Both the position numbers and the translations under genes were made by a program. A stretch of DNA of 64,000 nucleotides from a virus (lineage: Duplodnaviria; Heunggongvirae; Uroviricota; Caudoviricetes), in the IMG/VR virus record IMGVR_UViG_3300028666_000001, positions 64,001 to 128,000 of that record, one strand, 5' to 3'. Below the pieces are notes generated by a model. It saw nothing but the letters and a program-made list of their open reading frames with translations, did not search any database and had not been told where the DNA came from. Below are positions 18,443 to 27,877 of this stretch, in pieces (within the stretch, counting starts at the first letter, position 1; the number at the start of each line of letters is the position of its first letter).

Positions 18443-18471
18443 TTGGATTTGATTAGATATTAGGGTATACT
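18443..18471 (+). promoter_or_regulatory. sigma70-type promoter TTGGAT-N17-TATACT
   Basis: Hexamers with 17-nt spacer upstream of the ORF at 18488; -35 less canonical than the other copies. Confidence 0.5.
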
Positions 18472-18487
18472 TATAAGAGATCATTCT

Positions 18488-18922
18488 ATGAAACCAAACC
18501 AAACCCTTAATGAGGCACGTAAATATTTGCTCTATGTATCTGATGCTTTACATGCTGTTGCTCAATCTCATTTAGTTGATAGAGAAGCGAGAAGCATCTT
18601 AGATAAATATGCTGCAGATATTTTTGAGTATTCTAATGGTCTTGAGAAGTTAGGTAATCATATAACTGCTAAAGAACAAACACAAAAGAAGTTGCAAGTG
18701 GTTGCGGAGTTGCAAGATATATATGAAGCACGTAAACGTAATACAATTAAAGCACGAGAAAATTTGCGTATTGTAAAAGCACGTTTGAAACAGGCAGAAG
18801 AAACAGGAATAGAGAAGGATATTGAAGAGGCTAAACAGCGTGTCGCATATTATAGTAAACAAAATATAATTGCACAGCAAAATGAATTGACAGCGAAACG
18901 AGAGTTCGAGCAAGGAGCCTAA
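18488..18922 (+). CDS. Coiled-coil hypothetical protein
   Basis: 144-aa helical ORF between terL and the portal gene. Confidence 0.65.
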   Translation: MKPNQTLNEARKYLLYVSDALHAVAQSHLVDREARSILDKYAADIFEYSNGLEKLGNHITAKEQTQKKLQVVAELQDIYEARKRNTIKARENLRIVKARLKQAEETGIEKDIEEAKQRVAYYSKQNIIAQQNELTAKREFEQGA

Positions 18923-18923
18923 T

Positions 18924-20663
18924 ATGGCAAGTAAAAAGAACGGAAAAAAAGGTAACTCAAAGAAAGGAACAATGTCTCCTACAGGATTTAATGGTGGTCT
19001 TCAGGACCCCAATTCTGGGGCTAATGCATTTTCTATTGGTATTGGAAAGACAGCATCAATGGATAAAAGTGCAGGTAGTGAGTATTCTGTCTCACAGACA
19101 CAATCGTTTTTCTATTCCCCTGAACTTACCTCAGATTCATGGGTACTTCCAAAGTCTCGTCAGGAAATTTTAAAGTGGATTCGTATTTTCTTCAATTTGG
19201 AACCATATATTCAACAGATCACTATGATGCATTCATTGTATCCCTTTTCGAAGTTCGATCTCGTTGTTTCTGATCCTACTATTAAAAAGTTTTATGAAGA
19301 GATGGCTTCAAATGGAGATTTTAATTTGTTTGAGTTTATTCTTCAAGCCTCTTTATCACGAGAGAAATTTGGTGAGGCTATTTGTTTTGGTAATTTAGCC
19401 CAGGATGAAAATCCCTCTAAGAATGGTAAGAAACTTTTCCGATGGCACAATTTTATTCTTTTAGAACCTGAGCTTGTAGAAATCAAAACAGATATGATGA
19501 GTGGTAAAAAGACCTTTGAGATGGTTCCTACTGAGGAAATCAAGGCTCTTATTTCTTCTACTCGCCCAGAAGATATTGAACGAGTTGAACAACTTAAAGA
19601 AACTTCTCCAGAGCTTGTTAATGCAGTTATGGAGCATAGAAATATTAAACTTGATGAGAATTGTGTATCACAGGTTGCTCGTGTTACCGATCCTTCAGCT
19701 ACTCGTGGTACGTCACGCATTCAATCTTGTTTCAAAGCTTTGATTCTTCAGGACTGGATTCGTCTTGCACAATCAGCTTATGCTAAGAACTATGTGTTCC
19801 CAAAAGAGTTGTGGACCATTGGAGACTTAGCCAGTAACACAATGCCTTCAAAGGATGACCTGAATAACTGGAGACAGTTGATCAACCAATCCATTCAAAG
19901 TCCTCCATTCACAATCATTGCTCCTCCAATCGTGCATTATGAGGCATTGAGCGTTATGGGTAAGCAATTCCCCTTGAACAATGAGTATGACTACATTCAG
20001 GATCAATTGCTCGTAGGCTTAGGCGTAAACAAAAACATTATTTTAGGTGAAGGTCCAAACTTTGGTAATAGCAAGACTATGGCTCTTCAAGCATTGGTCA
20101 TGCAATATAAGGCTGTACGTGATAAGTTTGAAGACTGGATTATTAATAAGTTCTTCAGACCTATTGCTGAGAAAAATGAATTTTATACTGTTGATCCTGA
20201 TACTGGTGAGAAGCAGCTCATTCTCCCACAGATTGCTTGGTATAAGTCTTTGGATATCGATGCTCAGGAACGTGAACAGGAACAATTTGCAGAATTCCAT
20301 AAAGAAGGTCTTATTTCTACGAAGACTTTATTTAGCAAGTATCCTAACCTTGATTACGAAACAGAACGTAAGCAGTTGGAAGAGGAAAAAGGAACCATCT
20401 TTGATAAGGGTGGTAAGGATAATCGCTTGCCAGCTCAAATCTCCAAACCTAGCGGTGGTGGAGGCGGTGGTGGTGGAATGCCAGAAGATTTAGGTGGAGA
20501 AGAAGGTGCTGGTGGTGCTCCAGTTGAGCCCACAGAGCCCATAGAGCCAGGACAAGGTGGCGGTGCAGAAGGTCTTCCAGATGGTCAAGAGGGTAGCGCA
20601 GAGGTTGGAGGAGAAGGAAATGTCGGTGGAGCAAGTGACTTGGGTGCTCCTGAGATAGGATAA
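18924..20663 (+). CDS. Portal protein
   Basis: Follows terL. Helical core WIRIFFNLEPYI...FGEA...RGTSRIQSCFKAL...LLVGLGV...IINKFFRPIA; low-complexity Gly/Glu tail. Confidence 0.88.
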   Translation: MASKKNGKKGNSKKGTMSPTGFNGGLQDPNSGANAFSIGIGKTASMDKSAGSEYSVSQTQSFFYSPELTSDSWVLPKSRQEILKWIRIFFNLEPYIQQITMMHSLYPFSKFDLVVSDPTIKKFYEEMASNGDFNLFEFILQASLSREKFGEAICFGNLAQDENPSKNGKKLFRWHNFILLEPELVEIKTDMMSGKKTFEMVPTEEIKALISSTRPEDIERVEQLKETSPELVNAVMEHRNIKLDENCVSQVARVTDPSATRGTSRIQSCFKALILQDWIRLAQSAYAKNYVFPKELWTIGDLASNTMPSKDDLNNWRQLINQSIQSPPFTIIAPPIVHYEALSVMGKQFPLNNEYDYIQDQLLVGLGVNKNIILGEGPNFGNSKTMALQALVMQYKAVRDKFEDWIINKFFRPIAEKNEFYTVDPDTGEKQLILPQIAWYKSLDIDAQEREQEQFAEFHKEGLISTKTLFSKYPNLDYETERKQLEEEKGTIFDKGGKDNRLPAQISKPSGGGGGGGGMPEDLGGEEGAGGAPVEPTEPIEPGQGGGAEGLPDGQEGSAEVGGEGNVGGASDLGAPEIG

Positions 20664-20962
20664 TGATTAATCATTCCCATTCATCCAATGTCGTATGGAA
20701 TATGAATTATTCAGGTGTTGTAAGTGCTGGAGTCTATACAACTACTTCAAATAGTAGTGTCTCGAATAATGTAACGTTTGAGTATATTATTAAACGTTGC
20801 CGAGAATGTAAACATGCTCATGCACAGGAAGGTGCAAGAGGCTGTTACGATGTATGTGATGCTTCAATTGCTTTTGTGGTTAATTGCCATTGCAAAGAGC
20901 ATGTACCAGAGGATAATCTGGAGTACTTGGAATATCTAATTAAGAAAAAGGAACCTCTATGA
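20663..20962 (+). CDS. Small Cys/His metal-binding protein, DNLxxLE family
   Basis: CRECKHAH...C..C...CHC followed by DNLEYLE. Confidence 0.65.
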   Translation: MINHSHSSNVVWNMNYSGVVSAGVYTTTSNSSVSNNVTFEYIIKRCRECKHAHAQEGARGCYDVCDASIAFVVNCHCKEHVPEDNLEYLEYLIKKKEPL

Positions 20963-21645
20963 AGAAAACTATCGCTGCTTTACTTACTGCCTTATTGCTG
21001 TTACCTGCTTGTGCCTTTAATGTTAATACTCCACATATTTCCAGTCTATCCAATAGAATGGAAGATTCAACTGTTTTAGTGCATCTGAAAGTTCATATGA
21101 CATCTATAAATAAAGAAACTGGCAAAAAGAAAGAAAGATCTGGATGGGGAACATGCAGTGGTGTTTACATCAAAGAGAATATTATCTTATCTGCAGCTCA
21201 TTGTGTTGAGGTTCCAGAGGGAATGGACCTAAAGCAAATTTGGGTCAGGAAAGGTGATCAATCAGAACAAGCTATTGTTGTTAAGCTTGATGGTCCTGCT
21301 GACTTAGTTCTATTATATACACCTATGACAGGTACTCCAGTTAGCTTATCCAATAGAGTTGTTCGTGGACAAGATTGTTGGATTATTGGAAATCCTCTGG
21401 GTCTTACAGATATATTGACAAAAGGTATTGTAAGCAAAATTCATTTTGCTGTACCTGAAGAGAAAGCATCATTTATAATTGTAGATGCTGTAGCTCTTCC
21501 TGGAAATTCTGGTGGGGCTGTTGTGGATTCTCAAGGTAGATTAATTGGAATTTTGACAAGATCTACATCTCTGTTTGGTGGATTTGGTGCAAGTGGTCTT
21601 GGTATTGCTGTTGATTTACATACGATTAGAGAATTTTTAAAATAA
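20959..21645 (+). CDS. Trypsin-like (S1) serine protease with lipoprotein signal peptide
   Basis: SAAHC (His), ADLVLL (Asp), PGNSGG (Ser); N-terminus MKK...LLLLPAC lipobox. Confidence 0.88.
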   Translation: MKKTIAALLTALLLLPACAFNVNTPHISSLSNRMEDSTVLVHLKVHMTSINKETGKKKERSGWGTCSGVYIKENIILSAAHCVEVPEGMDLKQIWVRKGDQSEQAIVVKLDGPADLVLLYTPMTGTPVSLSNRVVRGQDCWIIGNPLGLTDILTKGIVSKIHFAVPEEKASFIIVDAVALPGNSGGAVVDSQGRLIGILTRSTSLFGGFGASGLGIAVDLHTIREFLK

Positions 21646-21646
21646 C

Positions 21647-21757
21647 ATGGGCGTATACCCACTAGATTGTTTTGTTTGTAAAAAGCCATTTTTGTGGTTG
21701 AGTTGGAACATACAGGATCAACGTTGCCCAGATTGCCAGAAAAAAGATACAAAATAA
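21647..21757 (+). CDS. Tiny Zn-ribbon protein (36 aa), not in the ORF track
   Basis: MGVYPLDCFVCKKPFLW...RCPDCQKK. Confidence 0.45.
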   Translation: MGVYPLDCFVCKKPFLWLSWNIQDQRCPDCQKKDTK

Positions 21758-21833
21758 ATATACCCTCCTTTGTAAAACGGGGCTTGTTCAGTGCCCTCAT
21801 CGAAACTGAATAAAATGAAAAAAAAGGAGCAAC

Positions 21834-22757
21834 ATGGACATGTATAGAGATAGTTACATCGTGGCATTAATGGTTGGTGGAAAGATTCAGAAGGAAGGGG
21901 ATGATGGTTCAGTCCTTATTCCATTCGGATCTGAGTATGTAATTCGACTCAAGAATAAACTTCGTAAACGAGCTGTTGCAGATGTGTGGCTTGATGGTCG
22001 CATAGCTGTTAAGGGTATTGTAATAGATGCTAATGGAACTGTAGACCTGGAAAGGTTTGTCGAAGATGGCAATCTTTCAGAAGGAAAGCGATTCAAATTA
22101 GCTAGACTTTCCGATCCCAAAGTTGAACAGCCTAATGATAGTGAGAATGGTATTGTAGAAGTAAATTTTTATCCTGAGAAGGATGAACCTGTAGTTGAGA
22201 AGACAGTTATCCATGAGTATAAACACGATTGTTCACATCATGGGTTTAATTGGCTTGGTCATTGCAGTCACTGTTGCAATAATCAGTGGTGCAATACTTG
22301 TTATCCATATGCTAAGACATTTACTTATGGAACTACTACCACAGATTGGAGTGGTAATGCAATTGGTGGTAACACCAGTGGTAATATTACATTCACAGGT
22401 GGTTTAAATACTTCTGGTGCTGTTGGAAAAGGTATTGTTCATACCAATTCCCTGAATGCCACTTATTCAGCAGAAGCTTCTGCATTGTCTCAGGTTAATG
22501 TTGGAACTGGTTTACCTGAAGGGGCAACTCTCAATAATGCTTCTTTAAGTATGGGTGAGGCTGCAGCAACAGTTGAAGGAAGCACGTCATTACAGAAGTT
22601 TAGTTCTATTCACGTTGATGTAGATCGTTCAAAGCCTACTACCATCCGTTTAACGGTAAAGGGTCTAAGCAAGATCATTGATGTATGTGGTTGTGGCTAT
22701 AAGCGCAAGAAAGATGTTAAGTACTGTCCAAATGATGGTATTCAGTTAGTGGCCTAA
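21834..22757 (+). CDS. Hypothetical protein with beta-rich N-terminal domain and Cys/His-rich middle
   Basis: Strong RBS AAGGAG. GSEYVIRLKN...VWLDG...IDANGTVDLERF...RFK segment; CxC...C C-terminus. Confidence 0.7.
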   Translation: MDMYRDSYIVALMVGGKIQKEGDDGSVLIPFGSEYVIRLKNKLRKRAVADVWLDGRIAVKGIVIDANGTVDLERFVEDGNLSEGKRFKLARLSDPKVEQPNDSENGIVEVNFYPEKDEPVVEKTVIHEYKHDCSHHGFNWLGHCSHCCNNQWCNTCYPYAKTFTYGTTTTDWSGNAIGGNTSGNITFTGGLNTSGAVGKGIVHTNSLNATYSAEASALSQVNVGTGLPEGATLNNASLSMGEAAATVEGSTSLQKFSSIHVDVDRSKPTTIRLTVKGLSKIIDVCGCGYKRKKDVKYCPNDGIQLVA

Positions 22758-22765
22758 GAGAAATC

Positions 22766-22811
22766 TGGGCCTGTTCTAATTGAATATAGATTGTCAGTTG
22801 GGACAGGCCCA
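22766..22811 (+). terminator. Long hairpin, probable intrinsic terminator
   Basis: TGGGCCTGTTCTAATTGA pairs with TCAGTTGGGACAGGCCCA (18 bp including G-U) and is followed by ATTTTTATT. Confidence 0.7.
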
Positions 22812-22833
22812 ATTTTTATTATAAGAGGTTAAA

Positions 22834-23070
22834 ATGTCATTATCTAAACGTGGCTCACCTAATAAGATTCAAGTAGTTAAGAATGCTGGATTCTCTCTCG
22901 ATCCTAACTTTCTGGCAGAGATGATTTTAAAGCAAATCCCTGAGAAAAAGCTTACAGTAGATCAGCTTCATTCTGCTGTAAAGAGTATTGGGGTAGTTAA
23001 CTATAGTTCTGACGATATGGCTATCCTTATGGACCGTCTCCAGGCTATTGGCTTTTCTATTAGTAAATAA
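22834..23070 (+). CDS. Small hypothetical protein
   Basis: RBS GAGG; 78 aa. Confidence 0.6.
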   Translation: MSLSKRGSPNKIQVVKNAGFSLDPNFLAEMILKQIPEKKLTVDQLHSAVKSIGVVNYSSDDMAILMDRLQAIGFSISK

Positions 23071-23139
23071 CAATCAAAAGAAGCAGAAAAGTATAATATT
23101 TCCGTGTTAATATAGGAGCACTACGTTCTAAACGATTTT
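23068..23139 (+). promoter_or_regulatory. Conserved late-gene upstream element, copy 2
   Basis: 30-bp core at 23089-23118 identical to copies 1 and 3; the flanks TAACAAT and CTACGTTCTAAACGATTTT resemble copy 1. Confidence 0.75.
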
Positions 23140-23172
23140 TCTAATTAAAAAGGCCAGTAAAGAGGAGCATTT

Positions 23173-23430
23173 ATGCATCATGATAGCAATGAAAGAGGCG
23201 AAAAGAAAGAACTAAATTACATTACAGAAGATGGGGATCTCAATATTCCTGTGATGTTTGAAGCTGTTATGGTTAAGTATATGGGACGAGTGCTAGATCT
23301 CATTAGAATTTCTGATATTTCAGAAAGAAACTTAACTCAATTGTCTCGTACAATCAAAGATGATTGTTATGAGAAAATCAAATTTGCTAAAGCAATCCTA
23401 GAGAAACATGGTGTTGATGAGAGCAAGTAA
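23173..23430 (+). CDS. Small hypothetical protein
   Basis: RBS GAGGAG; 85 aa, helical. Confidence 0.65.
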   Translation: MHHDSNERGEKKELNYITEDGDLNIPVMFEAVMVKYMGRVLDLIRISDISERNLTQLSRTIKDDCYEKIKFAKAILEKHGVDESK

Positions 23431-23627
23431 TGCCTCTCAGAAGAATTAAGAATCCATATAATTTTGAGAAGTGTAGAGCTTGTCATCACTCCTATATATC
23501 TCATACAAGTATTGATCATAAACCAAGTAAGTGTCAATATGTCGTCAATGGAAGTTGCCGTTGCATCGAATTTTTACCAGAAGACAATTTAGAGTTTCTT
23601 GAGTATAAATATGCCAAACGAAAATGA
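23430..23627 (+). CDS. Small Cys/His metal-binding protein, DNLxxLE family
   Basis: CRACHH...H...C...CRC followed by DNLEFLE. Confidence 0.65.
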   Translation: MPLRRIKNPYNFEKCRACHHSYISHTSIDHKPSKCQYVVNGSCRCIEFLPEDNLEFLEYKYAKRK

Positions 23628-23850
23628 GTGTCGCACCTGTGGGCATTGTTGGGAAATACATGATCATCATGGCATGAAAAAATGTTTTCAGAATATGGGT
23701 GATGATTACGATTCATATTCTTTATTCTGTGACTGCAATACTGGATGGATTCCTGGAGATAACCTAGAATTTTTGGAAATGAAATATGACAGATCAAAAT
23801 TGGCTATCGAGTCTCGCAACAAAAGCAATGAGGATCTGCCGACTGACTAA
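23611..23850 (+). CDS. Small Cys/His metal-binding protein, DNLxxLE family
   Basis: CRTCGHC..IH...C...CDC followed by DNLEFLE; probable start at 23611. Confidence 0.65.
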   Translation: MPNENECRTCGHCWEIHDHHGMKKCFQNMGDDYDSYSLFCDCNTGWIPGDNLEFLEMKYDRSKLAIESRNKSNEDLPTD

Positions 23851-24493
23851 AGAGGCTGCAGGTAATCATCGTCAGGATATGACTGGTCCAGTATTACAAA
23901 ATTTGCTTCAAGATGGTTACACTCAGGTCACATGGAATTCAAATGGTTCTCATCATGGTGAATGTAGAGATTTAAATAAACAGGTTTGGGACCTACAAGA
24001 TTTTTTAGCTACAACTGAGTATGATGCACCTTTATTTTCACGTTCACATCCAGGAGATGCTTCCTGTACTTTAACTGTTAGTGGTCAGGGTCTTCCACCA
24101 GTAGAAGTTGATTCATATGGTGAGACAGATGAGGCAATTGGAACTAGTCGTCCAGCTCCTACTCCAGCAAAACCAGTACAGCAACAGCAACCTATGGTTC
24201 GAACAATAGCTCCTCCTGAACCTAAAGTTGAGCGAACACCTGAAAAGCCTGAAACAAAAGTGCGCTATGTAACCCCAGAGGTCCATAAAGAGATTAAAGA
24301 TCCATTTGAGCATCATGATCTTAGCCCTGAAGAGTATGAGCAGTGGCTTAAAGAATTAGAGCAGGAAGAAGTTCAAGAGTCTATCCCAGCTAAGAAAGAA
24401 CTAACTGATGAAGATTGGGATGAAAGACGCAATTTTAATGTTGAAAATAGTAAGAAAGTACCTAATTGGATTACAGGGTTATTTAAAGGATAA
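23828..24493 (+). CDS. MuF-like (minor head) protein
   Basis: VTW...HHGECRDLN...APLFSRSHPGDASC resembles the MuF W...C..L...P.HPxCxC motif. N-terminal KEAA linker; lies just before the protease gene. Start at 23786 or 23828. Confidence 0.55.
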   Translation: MRICRLTKEAAGNHRQDMTGPVLQNLLQDGYTQVTWNSNGSHHGECRDLNKQVWDLQDFLATTEYDAPLFSRSHPGDASCTLTVSGQGLPPVEVDSYGETDEAIGTSRPAPTPAKPVQQQQPMVRTIAPPEPKVERTPEKPETKVRYVTPEVHKEIKDPFEHHDLSPEEYEQWLKELEQEEVQESIPAKKELTDEDWDERRNFNVENSKKVPNWITGLFKG

Positions 24494-24499
24494 TTTATT

Positions 24500-27400
24500 A
24501 TGAGTTTGGTCAAATTGGGATCTCATCTACGAATTTTAAAGACAGCAGCTGTTGCTGAAGATTTGCTTATTGAGAAACCCGTAGCTACTCCAGCTACAAA
24601 AGTTATCGAAGCAAAGAATTCCGATTTTCTATACTATCGCGCTCGTGCTATTTCTGCTGGTGATCAAGGTCCATTAACTAAAGATGGAAGTCGTGGTTGG
24701 AATTTTAATGGCAATAAAGATTATTTTCCTCGTAAAGAATTAGAATCTTCTTACGAAAGTTTCATTGGTCGTAATATTTTCTTAGATCATAACTCTGAAA
24801 GTTCTCTATATTCCATTGGTAAGATCATTGATGCTTTGCCTATTGACGATCCTGAGACTGGTGAGTTTTACATTGAGTTGGTTGGTAAGATTGATCGTAC
24901 CCTCCATCCTGAGATTTGCCGTAAGATTGAGACTGGTGAATTGAATAGCACAAGTATGGGTTGTTCAGTTGATGAATCTATTTGTTCTATTTGTGGTCAT
25001 GTGCTTCATTCAGATGCTGATGAGAAGTGTGATCATATGGGTATGAATCTTGGTAAGCAGTTTCCCGCTGAAGTTGATGCTCCAGAATACAATATTAAGA
25101 AAGGTGATATGGTTCCTTGCTTTTCTATTAATAAAGGTATTGTATTTAATGAAGATTCAATTGTAGGAGTTCCAGCAGATCCAACAGCTGTTATTAAAAC
25201 TGTTTTGTCTAACATGAAGAATCAGATATCGAAGAAAGCTTCTTTGACAAAGAAAGAGCAGTTAGACTTGGCTGCACAGATGGATAAATTATTTGACAAA
25301 CTTGATGAAAGTACTAAGATCCAATTAAAAGCTGATTTTTGTGGCATTTGCCCACCAGTTGAAAAGGAGTCGTCCATGGCTGACAAGAGCGTTGTTCCCA
25401 ATGAGGAAACAAAAAAGATTTTAAATAAAATTTCGGCTTATGAAATGGAACAACTTGAATCTTACGTTATTGGTAAGACCAAGAAAGTTGCTGAAGAGAA
25501 ACAAGTTGTAGCTGACTCCGTTGCTAAAGAGGAATCATTCTTGTCAAAGATCGTTGCTAAAGTGAAAGATGCTCTCGCAGGTGATAAACCAGCTATTTCA
25601 GCTAAGTTCCAGGAAGATAAAAATAACGTTTTAGATTCAACATGGTCTGTATATGAAGGTGATAAGTGTGCATTGGAAGCTTCCCTTAAAGAAATTTGGG
25701 GAGCACAGTTCGAACTTCTTTCCTTTGATGATCAGAAATGGGCAACCAGTACTGATTATGCTAAAGAGATTGTATCTCGTTATACCAAAGATGGTATTGA
25801 GAAACTTGCCGATGCTTGGGATGTTTCTGATAAATTAACGAAGACAGCTAAAGGCCCAGAATTAGGTCCTGATGGTTCTTATGCAAAACCCTCAACTGGT
25901 TCTTCTAATAAAGAGCATAGCTATCCAACCAATCCTAAATTTGAAAAACCTAAACCAGGAACAAGTTCAAAAGGTCCTGCAGCTCCAGCACATAAAGATG
26001 TAAAGGACTCTAAAGTTGAAATGCCTGGGCAGGAAAAAGGGCAGAAAGGCCAACCTGCACCAAAGGCAAAAGAAGTAAAAACTGATTATAGTGAACCAAA
26101 GGCAGAGGCCGAAGGCAAAGAAGTAAAGACAACTCCTAAGAATCCAGAAGAAAAAAAGATGGAGAAGTCTGAGAAAGAAGTAAAGACAGATTACGTTGCT
26201 GCAGGTACTGAAGCAATGGAAGCTGAGGATAAAGGAGAGAAGTCAGATAAAAAGTCTTCTATTAGTTGGGCCTCTCTTACTCCCAAAGCACAAACATTTA
26301 TTAAGACAGCTGCAAAAAAGTATATTGAAAGTGGAATGAAAAATGCTGAAGCCGTTGCGAAAGCACACAGCGAATTTACAGCCCAGGAGACTACTATGCA
26401 AAAGAAAGCTGAAGGAACTACTGTACCAGAAGGAAAAACAAGTTTTGAAGGCAAACCAATAGAGTCAGTTGATGGCTCTACCTTACCTGATGGTACGAAA
26501 GAAATGGGTGATAAGGCCGTTGAATCTGTAAAAGGTGATGGTCAGCCAAAAGGTTCTGCTCCCTCAGCTGCTCCTGAGACAAGTGCTCAGGATGATAAGC
26601 CAGGAAAAACTCCTGATATGACAAAAGCTCCTGAAGAAGCTGTTCAAGATAAACCAACTGAAGTAGGTAAGGATAAAAATCCTGATGAATCAGTAAAAGA
26701 TCCTAAAGAACCAGCTCCTTCTGATTTAACAAGCAAGCCCGAAGAGTCCGTTAAAAAGGCTGCTGCTACAGATATGCCAATGCCTGAAGAGAAAGATCCT
26801 ATGGGCAAAGATCCAATCGTTGAAGATCCTTTAGCCGAAGAGAAACCTATGGACCTTCCAATGGGTGGACCTAAAATTGATGAACCAGCCGCAGAAATGT
26901 CTGCTTTTGATACTGCTGAGAATGTTGAAATCGGTGAAGGTTATACAGCCAATAAGGACAAAGAAACTAAAGAAATTATTGTTATGAAAGATGGACAGGA
27001 AGTAAAACGTCTCCCAGATGGATTTGGTAAAGACCTTTCTGTAGTTCTACCTCTTATGAAAGCAGTTCTTGGTCTTCCTCCAGAAGCAGCACAACCAGAA
27101 GCTCCTGGTGCAATGCCACCAGTAGAAAAGCCTATGGAAGAGCCTAAAGTTGAAGAGCATCCAGCAGCTGAAGAGGCTCATGAAGACGAACTAGGCATGA
27201 AAGAATCAGCTCTTAAGGTTAAAGAAGCAGCTCTTGCAGAGAAAGAAGCAGCAATCACTGCAAAAGAAGCTGAGATTAAGGCTGCAGAACAATCTAAGAA
27301 ATTTGCTTCAGTTCTTCAAGCTCGTACAGAACGTTGCAAAAAAGTTATTGCTTCAATGGTTGAGAAAGATGCACTTCAGATGGACAAAGAAGTATATGAA

Positions 27401-27673
27401 AGCGAAATGAAGATTGGTACTTATCTATTAGATGCTCAGAAGAAAGCTTTTGAACATGCTATCAAAGCAAAACAGAAAGAATTGTTAGCTATGGATGATA
27501 ATGCACTTCTCGCCACAGAGAAAGTAATTGCTGATCTTAAAACTCCTTCAAATGTAAACACAAAGAGAGCAAGTCGTATTTATGTCTCTCCTTCATTTGG
27601 TGAAGAGCTTTCAGAAGACGCACAACTGAAGAAAATCTTTGACACATTCGGGACAAAGAATCGTCCTCAGTAA
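24500..27673 (+). CDS. Prohead protease fused to a long scaffold/core region
   Basis: N-terminal DYFPRKEL...FIGRNIFLDHN...IGKIIDA...TSMGCSVDESICSICG...C.H protease domain, then an acidic Pro/Lys-rich region and a C-terminal coiled coil; directly upstream of the decoration and MCP genes. Confidence 0.82.
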   Translation: MSLVKLGSHLRILKTAAVAEDLLIEKPVATPATKVIEAKNSDFLYYRARAISAGDQGPLTKDGSRGWNFNGNKDYFPRKELESSYESFIGRNIFLDHNSESSLYSIGKIIDALPIDDPETGEFYIELVGKIDRTLHPEICRKIETGELNSTSMGCSVDESICSICGHVLHSDADEKCDHMGMNLGKQFPAEVDAPEYNIKKGDMVPCFSINKGIVFNEDSIVGVPADPTAVIKTVLSNMKNQISKKASLTKKEQLDLAAQMDKLFDKLDESTKIQLKADFCGICPPVEKESSMADKSVVPNEETKKILNKISAYEMEQLESYVIGKTKKVAEEKQVVADSVAKEESFLSKIVAKVKDALAGDKPAISAKFQEDKNNVLDSTWSVYEGDKCALEASLKEIWGAQFELLSFDDQKWATSTDYAKEIVSRYTKDGIEKLADAWDVSDKLTKTAKGPELGPDGSYAKPSTGSSNKEHSYPTNPKFEKPKPGTSSKGPAAPAHKDVKDSKVEMPGQEKGQKGQPAPKAKEVKTDYSEPKAEAEGKEVKTTPKNPEEKKMEKSEKEVKTDYVAAGTEAMEAEDKGEKSDKKSSISWASLTPKAQTFIKTAAKKYIESGMKNAEAVAKAHSEFTAQETTMQKKAEGTTVPEGKTSFEGKPIESVDGSTLPDGTKEMGDKAVESVKGDGQPKGSAPSAAPETSAQDDKPGKTPDMTKAPEEAVQDKPTEVGKDKNPDESVKDPKEPAPSDLTSKPEESVKKAAATDMPMPEEKDPMGKDPIVEDPLAEEKPMDLPMGGPKIDEPAAEMSAFDTAENVEIGEGYTANKDKETKEIIVMKDGQEVKRLPDGFGKDLSVVLPLMKAVLGLPPEAAQPEAPGAMPPVEKPMEEPKVEEHPAAEEAHEDELGMKESALKVKEAALAEKEAAITAKEAEIKAAEQSKKFASVLQARTERCKKVIASMVEKDALQMDKEVYESEMKIGTYLLDAQKKAFEHAIKAKQKELLAMDDNALLATEKVIADLKTPSNVNTKRASRIYVSPSFGEELSEDAQLKKIFDTFGTKNRPQ

Positions 27674-27877
27674 ATTTGTAAAGACGTACCTGGGTACAAA
27701 CCTTGTTATAATTGTGAGAAAGTATAACATTGTAATGTTTTAAAGTAAGATTAGTATAAAAGCTTAAAAGACTACCGATTTCTCACAACATGTTTGTGGG
27801 ACCTTTAAATAAGATCCACAACTAGATTAGAAACGACTCGATGCCAAGAAACAAAAAATAAACTAAGGAGTTCCAAA

